64,000 nt of DNA from Antedon mediterranea (GCF_964355755.1 NC_092671.1:15624001-15688000), one strand, 5' to 3'. Positions 26,953-41,218 are shown, counted from the first letter of the stretch. Numbers and translations: made by a program. Notes: generated by a model from the sequence alone, not told the origin.

Positions 26953-27054
26953 GTTTCTTGGTTTAGTTAGTTGTTTTGTTATGAGGAATGCATTGGATGC
27001 AGTGAAGCGAGTAAAATAACCTTAATCAACGATATCCAGGTCAACCTTTTTTAT

Positions 27055-27092
27055 GAGGGCGCTATAATAATAATATTAACAGAGCCATATAA
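27055..27092. promoter_or_regulatory. Bipartite GAGGGCG-N18-CAGAGCCATA motif upstream of E-Syt
   Basis: Same motif with identical spacing at 58214-58248 and, inverted, at 52624-52658. Confidence 0.45.
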
Positions 27093-29268
27093 CTCTTTAT
27101 AATATGGCTCTGAATATATATATTTGAACATACACTTTTGTAACAGTGGCACATATTATCAGGTAGATTACATCTCCCTGATATTATGAAGGTGCGTTCT
27201 ACATCAAAATTTACTAAAACCACATTACAATGCTAACTATAATAATAATAACAATGTAATAATACAAAAAATCAAACAGTAGGCTACCCTGATATTTTAC
27301 AAACCCCTTCACCACCTCAAATCTAGCCTCAACAAATCCGCATTTTTCTTGAATCAATATAACCTTTAATAACATATAAATTTAAATTAATACAAATAAA
27401 ATACAGTAATGATCAAATTTTTACACAACAACACATCAAGTTTTAATTTAAGAGATCAGATCTTTTTTTCCAACATTTTTTCACGAGGCTCTTAGTATAT
27501 AATTTATCCGTCAATTTTGCCAACTGCAATTTTTTCTTTGCTTCCAACTTTTCGAAATCTTGAAAAACTGTTTTAAAGCCATTGGAAAAAAGTTGTTTTT
27601 TAAATTCTGCAAATTCATCTTTTCTGATGCTATCAAGTGCAGCAAGTTAACAGAAAGTGAATTATATCTTCATTATTCTTTAAATTACATAAATCAATAA
27701 ATAATTTTAGCCGAGCCATAATTATTATGGCTCTGAATTTTCGAATACCAAAATACCGATATATAAGAATGACACTTCAGTTGGCAGAAAAATACACCAA
27801 ACCGTTACGTTCGCTACATGATACAATGAGACGTGTACGCATGACCAATAAATTGCGTTGATGACGTTGATGACGACTAACCACTTCGATAAACAAAACT
27901 AAAACAAATTTAAGCAACAACTATAATCGATTCACAACTGTGAGATTATTAGAAAAGGAATCAAGAAACATAGACAATTATTTGACAATCTGTAATGATG
28001 ATGACACTATATAAATAATAATAAATACGTTGAGTGAATAAAGTTTTCACTGTGTGTCACTTGCTCTTTCTGACAAATCATACAATATATTTCCAAATGT
28101 TGTCCTTAACTCCCACTGATTGATAGTGTACTTATAGTTTCGTTTAGTTATTCATGTTTTCTTCTTTTTCTCAATATTTTCTGTTCTGGTTTGTTTTTTT
28201 ATTCAAAGGTGAATGATCAATAAATAAACACAATTATGATAAACGTCTTCACATAAAACTTTAAAAATCAATCATTTAGATGCCGAGTTCCTATAACGTA
28301 TTACAAAAAATAGATAGAAAAGCAGGTCTATAACAATGTGAACTACATTAAATACATTATACTACTAAATGACAAACGGACAAGAAATCCTATCGTAATT
28401 GAAAACAAAAAAACAAAACACGTTAAACAAAACATGAGCAATTATAAGCATGCATGTATGGAGTTGAACCTCTCACTCTGATCATTATGAAAATAAACTG
28501 GGACTAATTATAAAATCAAAAATCAATGTATCAGATACTATCTATTTTCATTAAAAAACTGATCCTTGATAAATTCCAATATCATAGTATAAAACAAAGT
28601 ACGATATCGTTCAACGAGTAAAGTCTGAATTATAATATTATTTGTGTAACTAAACCATCTGTTGTTATAACATGTTCTGAATGACCTACGTCAATCGTTT
28701 CTTTATCATCCCGATATGTGTTTGATAACACACATGCGATTTTGTGATGTCACAGGATATAATTAGTAGCCCGCCTATAATTATCACCAGACTGTATCCA
28801 TTAAAATTGTGAGATATTGGACAAAAGTTAATTAACACATAAACTAAACACTTTATTATCTCATTATAGGTGAGATAAGATTATGAATATATTATATAAA
28901 CACACAATACTCAGACTAAACATAATTTTAGTTTGAAGGAGAGAAACAACTATACGTTGAGTGAATAAACTGAACGGCCTGGAATTCCAATCCAATCGCA
29001 AGCATTCATTTCGTAGAAAGAGCATCTACAATAGGTTATCTAAAACCTGAAACAGAAACTTAGAAGTTAGTTTCTTGTAAACCATCTTTCGAAATTACTG
29101 AACCCGGCTTTCAATTCATACACGGAAACAGCGGTCACAACAACAGAGACCATCCTGACGGAAAGCAATAAGACCTACTCCAAATTCAGTAAACCATTGT
29201 TGAAATATTATTGTTATAATAATCATTTCCTTCTTTATCAGCGTAAACTCAGCAGAATCAGATTTAAA

Positions 29269-31255
29269 ATGTACATTTTTCAGTGTATAACTGTTCTGGT
29301 CATCTTGGTAACACAATGCTTCGGACTGGTGAAATTCTCAGCTTTCAACATACAGACTTTTGGACAAAGCAAAATGGGGAAACCTGAAGTCGTTGACAAA
29401 CTTGTAAAAGTAGGTACATTTTTGGAACCAAAAATCAACTCTACAATCACAATCTAGCTAGATTTTAGAAAATGTGGGAGTCAACATCACTTATGTTGAC
29501 ATAAATTAGAAATTACATTTTTAAATGTAGTCATAAAATAATTTTAAAATCATTAAATTAATTCTTTTGCTCCGATTTACTTAATTTAACATTTGATTAC
29601 AAGTTTGAGTTTGGCAGTGCTTGACATTTTAGTTTACCAGATAAGCTAGTTGACGTGATGTTGACGCAGATTTGTTTTCTTATTTTTATAGATTATTATG
29701 AGGTACGATCTTGTCCTAATTCAAGAGATTCGAGACAGCAGTGGTACTAGCATTGTACAGCTGTTAAATGATGTGAATGCGTAAGTAAAACAATATTTAT
29801 AAATAGCCAAAATTAAGGAAATGAAGTAAGATAACTTATGGGTATAAATATATAATTTCTTTCATTTTTTCCCCACCAGCGAATCTTCGTCCGATCCATA
29901 CGAGGTAGCCATTGGGTCAAGAGTTGGACGTTCATCGTACAAAGAACAATACGCATTCTTCTACAAGTAAACCATTATTATTTATTTGGTCACTAAATAA
30001 ATAAAGATAATTTTTAATAAAAATAAAAAGCACTATGTTAAACTTCAATACTTGATTGGAGTGATATCTGCATGCCTGTCCAATTTTTCCAGTTTTTAGG
30101 CCTGTAACCTAATCATTTTGAATGAATATTTAATTAAATAAAATATTTTGGCCTAGGCCTATATGAAGTAAACTAAACGTGATTTGCAATGTTCTAGGAG
30201 GAGCAAGCTAACTGTAAGCGATACATACGAATACGAGGACGGAATCGAAGGTTACGATCCTCCCATTGACGAGTTCATTCGTGAGCCGTTTGTGGTGAGA
30301 TTTAGTTCACCATCGACCCAAGTTAACGACTTTGCTATTATTCCTATCCATACTACTCCTGATGCGGCAGAAACCGAGATAGATAGTTTAACAGATGTTT
30401 ACGATGACGTGGTATGTAAATGGGGTCTAGAGGTAAGGAATTAACTAAGACAACTAACATAATTAAATTCTATAATCAGTATACGAGTATAATATTATAG
30501 GCATAGTATTCTAATATAGACCTACTATTATCTTAGGATGTCATAATCGCAGGAGATTTTAACGCTGATTGTTCTTACGTCACAAAATCTGAATGGCCTT
30601 TCATTCGTCTGCGTACTCAAACAAGATTTGATTGGCTGATTTCAGATGACGAAGATACAACTGTATCGACCACAGACTGCGCATATGACAGGTAAACACC
30701 ATGGTTTCAAAAAGTTTACTCACAACCATCATGAATCCACAACGATGACCACCACTGCCCGGAACGATGACTACTATGAATGTCCAGGACGATGACCACT
30801 ACTATGATGACGTCTCTTGTGTATTCAAGAAGAGACTTTGTTGAGAACAAGCATTTATGTTCAGTTCAGTAATTGATTCAAATTAGAACAATCGAGAAAT
30901 TATTATAGCATTTTAGAGCGTTTGCACAGTATGGAAACAGTAACCACACCGTTACTTACGGTTTAACCATTCTCCATTGTAGATTTGTTATCGCTGGTTC
31001 AAATCTGAAATCTAGCTATCAAACAGGATCTGCCGGAATTTTTGATTTTGAAAATGCTTATGGACTCACTTATGCCGAGGTACGGTAATCGAGTAGAACC
31101 AATAGATACGTGTATTTTGGAAAGTTTATGTAATATGTTTTTATGTGTCTAACCTTTTCACTAGAATTTAAATTGAATTAACAATATTACAATAATCTCG
31201 ATTTCAGGCAAAAGACGTGAGTGACCACTACCCGATTGAAATGGTATTAAAGTAG
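29269..31255 (+). CDS. DNASE1: Deoxyribonuclease I family, secreted
   Basis: Exons 29269-29409 (signal peptide, AFNIQTFG), 29692-29780 (YDLVLIQEIRD), 29880-29966 (GRSSYKEQYAFFY), 30198-30432 (REPF, PIHTTP), 30537-30691 (GDFNADCSY, CAYDR), 30983-31079, 31208-31255 (SDHYPIE, TAG). Both catalytic His motifs are intact. Confidence 0.95.
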
Positions 31256-31394
31256 ATTGATATGGAATGGGGTTTATGGAACCTGAGACTATACAATAGT
31301 TATCTCAGATGGAACAACAGTGGACTTTCACCAAGTCGTAAACTCCTTGGCTTACATAATATGAATATGTAAACATCAAATCTGCATTAAATTT

Positions 31395-32295
31395 AAAGTG
31401 AATAAATATTGAAATTATAAAATGTGTGGTTGTGTAGTGATGCTGTTATTTAATGTTATCATGTTACAATAAAAAGATGAACAGATAAAGAAAGAACCTT
31501 TCGAACAAAAACTTTGACATACATTATGTTATAATTAAAGGAAAAAATATTTGTATACAGCATGCACTGTATCAGCTACTGGTTACTAGCACTTCCATAA
31601 TAATAACGTGTCAGATAATTTAGATGTTCTATTTGTCCTTGTATACTGCTCTAAATTAATGTACAGCGCTTTGGTCTTTTTTTTTTTTTTTGGAAAAGCG
31701 CGTTATATAGTATAGTATATATAATACTGTATATTTCATAACGACGGTTGCCATCTCTATCTTCTTCGAATTAAAAAAAAAATCAAATTCTAGTGATCGA
31801 AGAATATGAACTTTGATGTACTAGTTGCCATCATTCATGTTTGGTTGATCGCGTATCATATCTAGCATTGTCAAAAATATAAAGTGAATAAATATTGAAA
31901 TTATAATATGTGTATTGTTGCGGTTATTTAATGTTATCATGTTACAATAAAAACATGAGCAGATAAAGAGAGAACCTTTCGAACAAAAACATTGACATAC
32001 ATACATGATGTTATAATTTAAGCACAGATATAAATATAGCATGCACTGTATCAGCTATATTGGTTACCAGCACTTTAAGTTTCAAACATAATAATACTGC
32101 ATACTTCATTTGAACGACGGTTGCCATCTCTATCTTCTTCGGAATTTTTTTAATCGAATTCTAGTAAACGAAAAATATGAACTTTGATGTTGCCATCATT
32201 CATGTTTGGTTGATCGCGCATATAATCGAATTCTAGTGAACGAAGAATATGAACTTTGATGTTGTCATCATTCATGTTTGGTTGATCGCGCATAT
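31395..32295 (+). repeat. Tandem duplication of the DNase I 3' end region plus ~72-bp local repeats
   Basis: AAAGTGAATAAATATTGAAATTATAA block starts at ~31395 and ~31881. Confidence 0.8.
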
Positions 32296-32528
32296 GATTG
32301 CTCAAAACATTCAGAATATCATAATGAACAACAGTTTATAAGATCTCGGAGAAGAATACCAATTTATCTCTAACATATTTACTAATAAATCATTAATTAA
32401 TGAATTGACTTGTACCATTGAATCTTGGTACAAAGTCTACCATGTCTTACTCATAATATGATATATTATAATATTAAACACTGCAGTATTTCATCACAAT
32501 TGTAGCTGATTACAATCACAACATCAAG

Positions 32529-34089
32529 ATGTTAAAATATTGGCTGTTATTTGGGTTTGTCTTATCCGTTAATGCTGCGACGCCTAATCAAAATGTTATT
32601 GGTGGCAGGAACCAGCTTAAAGCTCACGCAAGACCACGAAGGACAATAGGTTTTACAATCTTTATATTTTTTATATTTAGACTTTAGTGAATATAGAATG
32701 GAAAGTTTTCAGGGGAAAAACACTTTTTCAAACTCTTGTATAGGCTGCAATGTCGTGCATTTAATAATATATATATAACACACATATACAACACATAACA
32801 AATTTCCGGCAACCAAAGTATGCATCGTTCCTCAATGCAATGTAAAAGTGTGTTAAACTTTTGTTACAGAAAATGCTAGGAATAATGATATGAACATCAG
32901 AATGGAGGTATGTATAATAGTAAATAAACTTATAACATTTAAAGATATATTGTCTCCCCCTGAAAATGTTTTTTGTTTGTTTTTTGAATGTTTTGTTGAA
33001 TATGTTAATTAATAGCACATAATAGTTATTCACTTTGACCAAAAATTGGATCGAACAAAAAAATGTAAATGGACAATACATCTTTAATTTTTTTAATTAT
33101 TTGTACACGTTTTGTTTTGTCGCTACTGCGTCATTTGTAAAAACAAAATTCTTATTGGTCCCGTCTGTTTTGAGGTTTTTTAAAATATAGTAGGCCTATA
33201 TATGCACGTCGTTCATAACTCATGTGCAATAAAGACAACTAGATCGAATGATATTTTGTAATAATGACTGAAAATTGTTTTCTCCAGAACACAACAGTTA
33301 ATGCAACAACACCGAAAGCGAACGCGACGACGACGTTAGAAACAGTTAAACTTACGACGAATCTTACCAGCACAGAAGCTATAACTACAGCCAACATGAC
33401 TACCAGTACCATGGATGGACACGAGACTACTAAACCAGGTGTTACATATACATATGATGTAAGAAAAGCTTTGTTATTGAAAATACTGTTTCGATATTTA
33501 GTAGCTCAATGGAATAAGTGCGCGTAATTATACGGTAACTTTATGCCTACATTTGAGAATACTCGGGTGGCATTCGAACCTATCACCTTCACATCACGGT
33601 TTCCATACCTTTAAACTATCAAGCTTGTGCTGAGGGTTAGATTTGAGTCCAATGAAGCAGGTACTGCACTGACAGGATGATTATTTAAGAACTACTTTTC
33701 GTATTTTGCGTAATGGAGCTAAGTTATGCCAGCCAGATGTTGTTGTAGCCATACATTTGAGAATACTTGCAAACAAATTCGCAGGTAGGCCCCAGTTAGG
33801 GACTCCAAGAACATCTGACCATTTAACAAAGCAAATTTAATTCAAAGCCTTGCTTAAAAGTAGTTTTCACATCAATAAAAAAAAAAGAAAAATTAAGCGC
33901 CGTTTAAATTACAATTGATTGTTACCCGGCCAGCTGTGCATTCTTGATGGCGGTAACATTTTTCTTTTTTAACAGGATGATTTGTCCGGTGGAGCTGTAG
34001 CTGGGATAGTAATTGGTACTATAGCTATCTTAGTCCTCGCAACAGGATTAACTGTAGTATTGATCAAGAAAAAAAGTTCGTTTGAGTAG
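32529..34089 (+). CDS. Small type I membrane, Thr-rich mucin-like protein (~147 aa), family unknown
   Basis: Exons 32529-32649 (signal peptide MLKYWLLFGFVLSVNA, RPRR), 32870-32907, 33288-33458 (Thr-rich, several N-x-T), 33976-34089 (LSGGAVAGIVIG.. TM, KKKSSFE-stop); phases match. Confidence 0.7.
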
Positions 34090-35187
34090 TGTGGAATTAA
34101 TCCAAGAACTAGTATAAAAGTACAATAAAAATACAATACATATGTAAAAAGTCTTCAAATTAATGTTTACTTGCTTTTTACCGTAAATTACACAATAAAA
34201 TTATAGGCGTATATATAGCTATCATTAGTAAAATCGTTAGTAAACATTACGTTATTGGTATTTGTTAAACGTAAACGTAATTTAAGTATTATAGGCTATA
34301 ATTAATATATAAAAAACGTATAAATGAATTATTTACATAACAGTTCAAATATTGTATTACCTATATTATTTTTTTTTTATGTAGGCCTAAAATTATTATT
34401 TATCATAAACTTGGTAGTTTCATTAAAAAAATGTAATGTTTGGTATTTTTTTCAGTTCGATTTTATAATAAAAAATAATGTAGTTTTAAGGAAATAGAAT
34501 AACGTGTTTAAAAAAAACCAGAAAATTTAGTGGCATAGAACATCTCTCTAAACCATAGGCCTAATGTAGGTTATTTTAAACCAACAATATTTTAATATTT
34601 AATAGGAATGTGTCGGATTCTTTTTTTTCTCGAAATATTTTTCTTCTTGAATAAATAGGCCTACAATATTTGTCACGTATATAGAATTCTGCATTATCGC
34701 GTTTGATATAGATATATTGTCCCCCCGAAACAATATTTTTGAAATATTTTTGTTGAATATGACATTTAAATATACCTGAAAAAACTGTAATTTAAAGCAA
34801 AAAAATAGTAAAATTGGTTACATGCAGCCAATGGAATGGGTTTTAGGTTGAATTGAGATGTTTATTTTGTCTTTTTATACATAAAAACATTTTTTTTTAC
34901 GAAAGTGGTTAACTTATTACAAAAAGGCAAGCCTTATAATTGATTAATCTGCATTTTTCGTGTTTTTGGGACAATACGTTTTCAAAGGAATGACCAATCG
35001 CATCGAACAAATAGTAGAATGGTAACATAATTATACCGTAACTTTATACATTCCAATTTCCAATCCTCTCTATCACTGTGTAACACTTACTGCAAAATAC
35101 ACAGACGTTATCACATGATATCTGTCAAATACCTACCGGTACCGAGTTACAATTTTTTGGAAATTATGATTACTGAAAATCTATGAT

Positions 35188-38100
35188 TTAAACTTTTGTA
35201 TTTTCATTGTCATCTTCATTGGGTGCGATTGAATATGCTGACGTCACCAGTGGTGTGTTTCTTATGTTTTCTCCATCTTCGATAGATTCCGGTAGAGGTC
35301 GGTTTAATGTTTCGGGCAAGAGCAGCATAATTAAACCTGCTATCGCAGATAGTACAGCAAACAGTACCATAGGTACCCATGAAACAGACTTTCCCTGCAA
35401 ACATAACAGCAACATGAATGTCTACAGAACATCAAGGTACACTACATTCTGAGCATGATAGAAACCTAAATTTGATAAACTCAATGTGAAATCGAAAATA
35501 TATTTGATCTTACCGAGTACATGATATAAGGAGCCGAAATTCCACCAATTCGAGCCATCATAGAACATTCTCCTATTCCAATGGTACTGCACAAAAATAA
35601 TAAAATAATGCGACAAAACAATTCACATAACACAAGACACATCCGTGTAGTTTCAAAGCATTGTATGCCTAAAGTAACTATTCTTATATCTACATATTAT
35701 ACGACCACTTCTTGCAATTTATTAAATTTACCGTATAACCGTTGGAAAGAGTTCGGACGAATATATCCAAACAACGGTGTATGTCAATGTTATACAAAAC
35801 TTGCCAATAAAAGCCATCGTGATTATGAGCGGCGTGAGGTTAGTACCATTACCTAGAATGTAAACATATTTGGATAAATGTGATGCAGTTGTCTCCACAC
35901 CTTTATGTAAAATGGAATCTTCCTGTAAAAATTCCTATCATTTTGTATAATAATACACGATAGTAGTAGTGATATAGGAAGCCTTACTAGTTTCCACTGG
36001 AATGACAATTGTCATGATGCAAGCAACAGAAGCAAGTATATGAAAGAAAAGAAGCAACTGCCGGCGACCGAATCTGCAAAGAAAATATGAATTTATTCAG
36101 GCAAGACTGGCTATCCATTCTATCACAAATTAACATGTTGCATAATATTTAAATATATTATTGTCCCCGTTCAAATTTGTTGGCTGGACATGCCCAATGT
36201 TAAACTATAATTGTTATTCCCAATTAACAAAAATTGGATCGAAAAAAAAATTACCTGCAAAACTGTAATTTAAGGAAAAAAAAACGAACTGAAAGTCAAT
36301 GTTGGGTTTTGGTTGAATGTAACAGTCTGTTTTGTATTTTATTTTGTGTTCGTTTTGTTCCTCCGGAAGTGATTAACAAAAACCAACAAATTTAAAATCT
36401 AATTTTATTAATCATCATTTTTTTATGATTTTGGCGAACAATACATCTTTAAAGTTATTTTTTATAATTGCCACCTTTTGTCATGGTTGGATAATTGTCT
36501 GGATTGATATACATTATAGCCAACTTCTGTCGTAAACGTCAATGTCTTCCATTCATCTGAATGATGACTAAGCCAGGACTGTTTAAAGCACTTTTGGCTG
36601 GTCCCAACATTGATCAAGGGTTTCTCTCGTCCAGTACCCACCTTAACTAGAGGAGAAACATAAGCCAATACGTAGGAGGCGTTGCTTAACTTGGGTGAGC
36701 AGCTGACGGGAACCGGTGTTTCAACGTGGTAAGGCCGTAATAATTGATATCATTAACGTACCTAGGTAATGCCCATATTTGAACAATGTATGCTGGAACC
36801 TCAGCTAAGCCAATAATAAAGAAGTTTAGGAATCGGTCTCCTGCCAAAGCAGACGAATTTAGCGACAACCCATAGTAAACTGAACTGTTTACAGTCCTAA
36901 ATTTAAAAATAAATATGATAAAAGTTCTTTGTATTGTATTTAAAAAAAGGAAATATGACATAAATATGATTGTCGAAAGTATTTATACAAAAAAATTTTC
37001 TAATCTATGAAACCTACCACATGAAAAACAACACCAAAGTCCATCTTCTCAAATTCGGTGTTCGTACGGTGTCAAACACAGAATATTTCTTTGCATGGGA
37101 TCCAGGATTCTTTTCTTGTTTTGATTCTTCTTCAAGAAAGCTACAATCGACTCTGTTGAATCTTGCCATTTTCTCAAGAACGCGTCTTGCGTCCTCGTGA
37201 CGTCCAACCGACTGAAGCCATCGTGGAGACTCAACAAGAAACCTATAAAAAAAGCAGATAATAGTATTTAGGTAAAAAACTACAGAAACAAACTCTCTGT
37301 GATTATTGTCATTTCCAGATACATATTCCAGTACTATAGGTTTGACGATGTGAATTAGATTAAGATTCTGTATATACAATTTTGAATATTATATTAATAG
37401 ATGCTAAACACATCACGTGTAAAATAAGAAAGTAGGTCCACGGTATCATTGGAACTTAAAATCTTACCACCAGAATAGAAGAGCAGGTATCATAGGAAGT
37501 GTGATGGCCAATTGAAAATGTCGCCAGTTTTGTAACAGGTACGCGATTGGTGTCAGTACACATAGACCAAATCCCCATGCAGTAGTAGCGATACAGCAGG
37601 CTAGTGATCGTTGCTTTGGTCGGAATAATTCCAATAATAAAATGAAGGAACAAGTCAACTGGCCCTAAAAACATAAATACAACATATTTTATTTTACTTC
37701 CGATATCGGTGTTTGATTTATTTATTGGACGATCATACCATGCTAGAAACAAGATTCAAATTTCATTTCATTCACTTTTATTGGCAACAAAAATAAATGT
37801 CAAACTTACGGAATAGGAAATTAAATTTAAGCTAATCAAGTATAAAAACAATAGTAATTAAAGAAGAAGGGAAAAAGCTACAAATATTTTAAATTTTAGT
37901 TTATCAGCTCAGATTCTATTGTTTTTTTGTATTCGTGTTCTTCATGTATTTTATATTTGGCAATAAAAGAATAAGAATAAGAATCAGATGCCCTGAATGA
38001 AAAAACATTTAGATCCCTCGAGTTAGAATGATCCTACGGACGGCTATCAAGAAAACATTATTTTCAACTCCGTCATATCCAATTGTAAATAAATTATTAT

Positions 38101-39749
38101 CTAATTGATAAATAATCTTACCATAACAAAATTTGCTAAAAAGAACCAGACGATGACGAAGGCAATGTAGCTGTGAATAAACACTAAAATAATACCGCAG
38201 ACGATTGTTCCCATCATGCAAAGCCAAGTAACAGTTTTGCGCCCAAACAGGTCAGATAGCTGACCAGTGATCACAGCCCCAGCAAGAACACCACAGAAAA
38301 ATATAGAAATTGCATTTGGGGAGAGTATAGCTTGGTCACATACCAAATCGAACTAGTTGAGATAATAAAAAAAATTAAAAAAGTTATTATGAGTATGCGA
38401 TTCAGTTATAAAATACAAATAATAAAAACGTAACTGTCAACTATAGAAAATGCCAAGGTCTCGAAAAAAACCTTTCAATAATAACAAAACAGAGAGACAA
38501 AGAATTAAACTATATTGTTCAGAGTTGTTTCTTGTCAGTAAAGTTTTATTTTCGTTTAAACCTTGAAATTCAGGAATAAACCGGCTTACATTGTAACACT
38601 TTACAAATCTCTTAACACGGTAATGTATCCAAATGTAAAAAAAAAAATAAATGCTGATTTTCTTATATAAGAATAATATAAAAAAAACAAATTAATGTAA
38701 GTTTCTAGTACAGTAATTGACACATTGTTTTCGATCAAATGTCTTGATTGCAAATTAATTAACCTAACTACTCAAGATATCAAACTGTATTATGTTAATT
38801 TTATTAATGGTTTCGATAAGGAACTTTATATATTTTATCTTCAAAGATGTATTGTCCCTTTGACTAATTCCAACAAAATTAAAAAAAAAGATTTTGAAAA
38901 AAGTGGGTCATTTTGAAGTATCATAATACTAGTTACTAACTTTCACCAAAAATTAGTCGAAAACAATCATTTTTAATTAAAATACAGACGTTTTTTTGTT
39001 AAAAAAATAACTTTGACTTCCAGTAAAAGTTTTCGATCAAAACATATTTCATAATGCAACGCGCTTGTTTGGCTATTCTCTATGCATAATCATAAAATTT
39101 CCTTGCGATCTGTGTGAAAACACCTTCTCAACCGTGACGAGTTGTAAACAATCTTAATTACATCATGAATTTATGCTTACTCGCGTGGTTTGAAATCTTT
39201 GTTTACTATCGCTCGCGACGATCATCCAGACGAAATGTAATCAAATTAATTTACCAATTAATTTACCTGTTAATCACGTAAACTTGTTGTTTTTGGCTCG
39301 AATTTTCGACCTAAAGTGACTAACTTTAATATTAATTTGATATGGCCAATTTAAATTGAGAATATTTTTACCTTCATGTTTTGTGTTTCAAGGGACAATA
39401 CATTTCTAAGTTTTCACTAGGACGGAAAAGGGTAAATGATTACCTCTGTTACTAATGAAGTTACTTTGTCAGATTCTTCATAAACCCATCCATCTACACA
39501 GCTAGTGGTCTCATTTCCATCAAATGTGTACATACTGCATTTTGCAAACGTTCCATCTTCTTCAATCGGTATGGCAACGTCAATCTTCTCGTCTGTTTTG
39601 CAATGATGCGATGGTGTGTACAAGATAAATATAGATGACATAATTTGCCAACTGGTAAACACTCCTTGAATTATCGGTGCAACAATAAGAAGAATGACTT
39701 GATATCGGCCAAAACCTCCTATTTTCTTAAGACATTCGTCGATATCCAT
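35188..39749 (-). CDS. SLC22 family organic cation transporter (MFS)
   Basis: Exons 39444-39749 (IGGFGRYQ, CVDGWVYE, SLVTE), 38122-38352 (FDLVC, GQLSDLFGRK), 37468-37664, 37018-37242 (ESPRWL), 36762-36896 (VYYGLSLN), 35988-36073, 35732-35852 (ELFPTV), 35514-35586, 35188-35394 (LLLPET). Confidence 0.93.
36460..36739 (-). mobile_element. 5S rRNA-derived SINE (SINE3-like) or 5S pseudogene fusion
   Basis: 36680-36739 reads TACGGCCTTACCACGTTGAAACACCGGTTCCCGTC..CACCCAAGTTAAGCAACG, matching the 5' half of invertebrate 5S rRNA, then unrelated body and A-rich end. Confidence 0.7.
38843..39406. mobile_element. Short Kolobok-like element; related degenerate copies at ~32940-33085, ~34710-34982, ~36150-36452 and an end at ~47580-47729
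   Basis: Shared AGATGTATTGTCCC / GGGACAATACATCT termini. Confidence 0.65.
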
Positions 39750-41218
39750 TTTGATATCTAACCTAAGAACAAAAAGTTTTGTCAAGCGTTTTTACTAAAC
39801 TGTACCAGAATAACAATAAGTATTAAATGGATCTACCTGCAAGTTGTGACAATATAAATGGTACACATTAATATATTAATGTCAAGAAAAATCACCAACT
39901 AAGCTATCTACAGGGACGGATGTTTTATTAAATTTGATTTACAAAGGCAGTTATATATTAATGTCATTACTGAACTGCTCCTAATGTTGTATGATAAACC
40001 CCTGGTGCCTACCTGAAGTTATTGAAAATACACTGCCCTTTCGCAGGCAGCAAGCGTCAATGGCGCTGAATCAGTTTTGTCTATAGTTTTTTGAACCGGT
40101 AAAGGCCTCCAATAAAACAGGTGAATAATAAACCTACATCAGTACAGTAGTGTTGCAAAGTATATTAAATCCTATTTTTATAATTACAAAAAATCTGATA
40201 AGAGGACAATCGAAATTTACACTTCATTGAGGCTTCAAACCGTTAGGCACTGCGTACAACAATGATGTACATAGAAGGTATAATAATATGAAAGGGTGTA
40301 TTTGTCAAAAGTCTAACAAAGGGTCATGTCTATACTGAATTAAGGTTTCCGAACAGAAAGAGTTTTTCTAACAATGTAAAGGTTCACACAATAATAAGAA
40401 TATCAAATAGTATGGCCTTGATTAGGTATATAGTGCATGTACAGCAGCTATAGTTTATCTAATGGCAAAATTGATGTAACATGATGCAAATAATGACGGT
40501 CATCATGAAAAAAGAGAGATATACGTAGGCAACGCAGGCAACGTTCAATCGACACCGTGACTGAGCACAAGCGTTTTGCTGCGTCATGAATGATATACAG
40601 GTGTTCTGTTTGACACACACACAAAGAAACATAAATAATTTAAGCCTTTTTTCGAGTGGGGTTGTTGAGTACCCTGCCAACTATAAATTAGCCTCAAATT
40701 AAGTATGTCTCTACATACGTGAACTAACCCGCCTCCTACGTAATAAATCACTCACTGGTAGACATACACCTGTTGCCTCCCCTGCCTACGACTATAATAT
40801 CAAATACACTTTATCAATGTCTACTAAAAAAGAAACAGAAAATGTTGATAATTACTGCAGTAGGCCTACAACCTTACCTGTTTACTGCAGTACCTTACCT
40901 GTTTACCACGAAATAGACAGGAAACTTGTGAATTGAATACCACGTCTTCTTACGTCAAGCGAAACAAAAACCAGAAGCATCGAAGCATCACTTGGCAAAT
41001 TTTTACGCTATTCTTTCTTACACATTGATTTCATTCAACCCATAACCATTAGAATGTATAGCTTTAAAACTGGATTTCTTTGAATATAATTATTTTACAT
41101 AAACCACAAAACTAGAGTATATAATTTCTAATACTTTAACACTATATACTTTTTGTAAAAACCCTATAAAATGTGGAGTGGGGGGGGGGGGGGTACTTAC
41201 GGCCTTGCCATCGTTATT

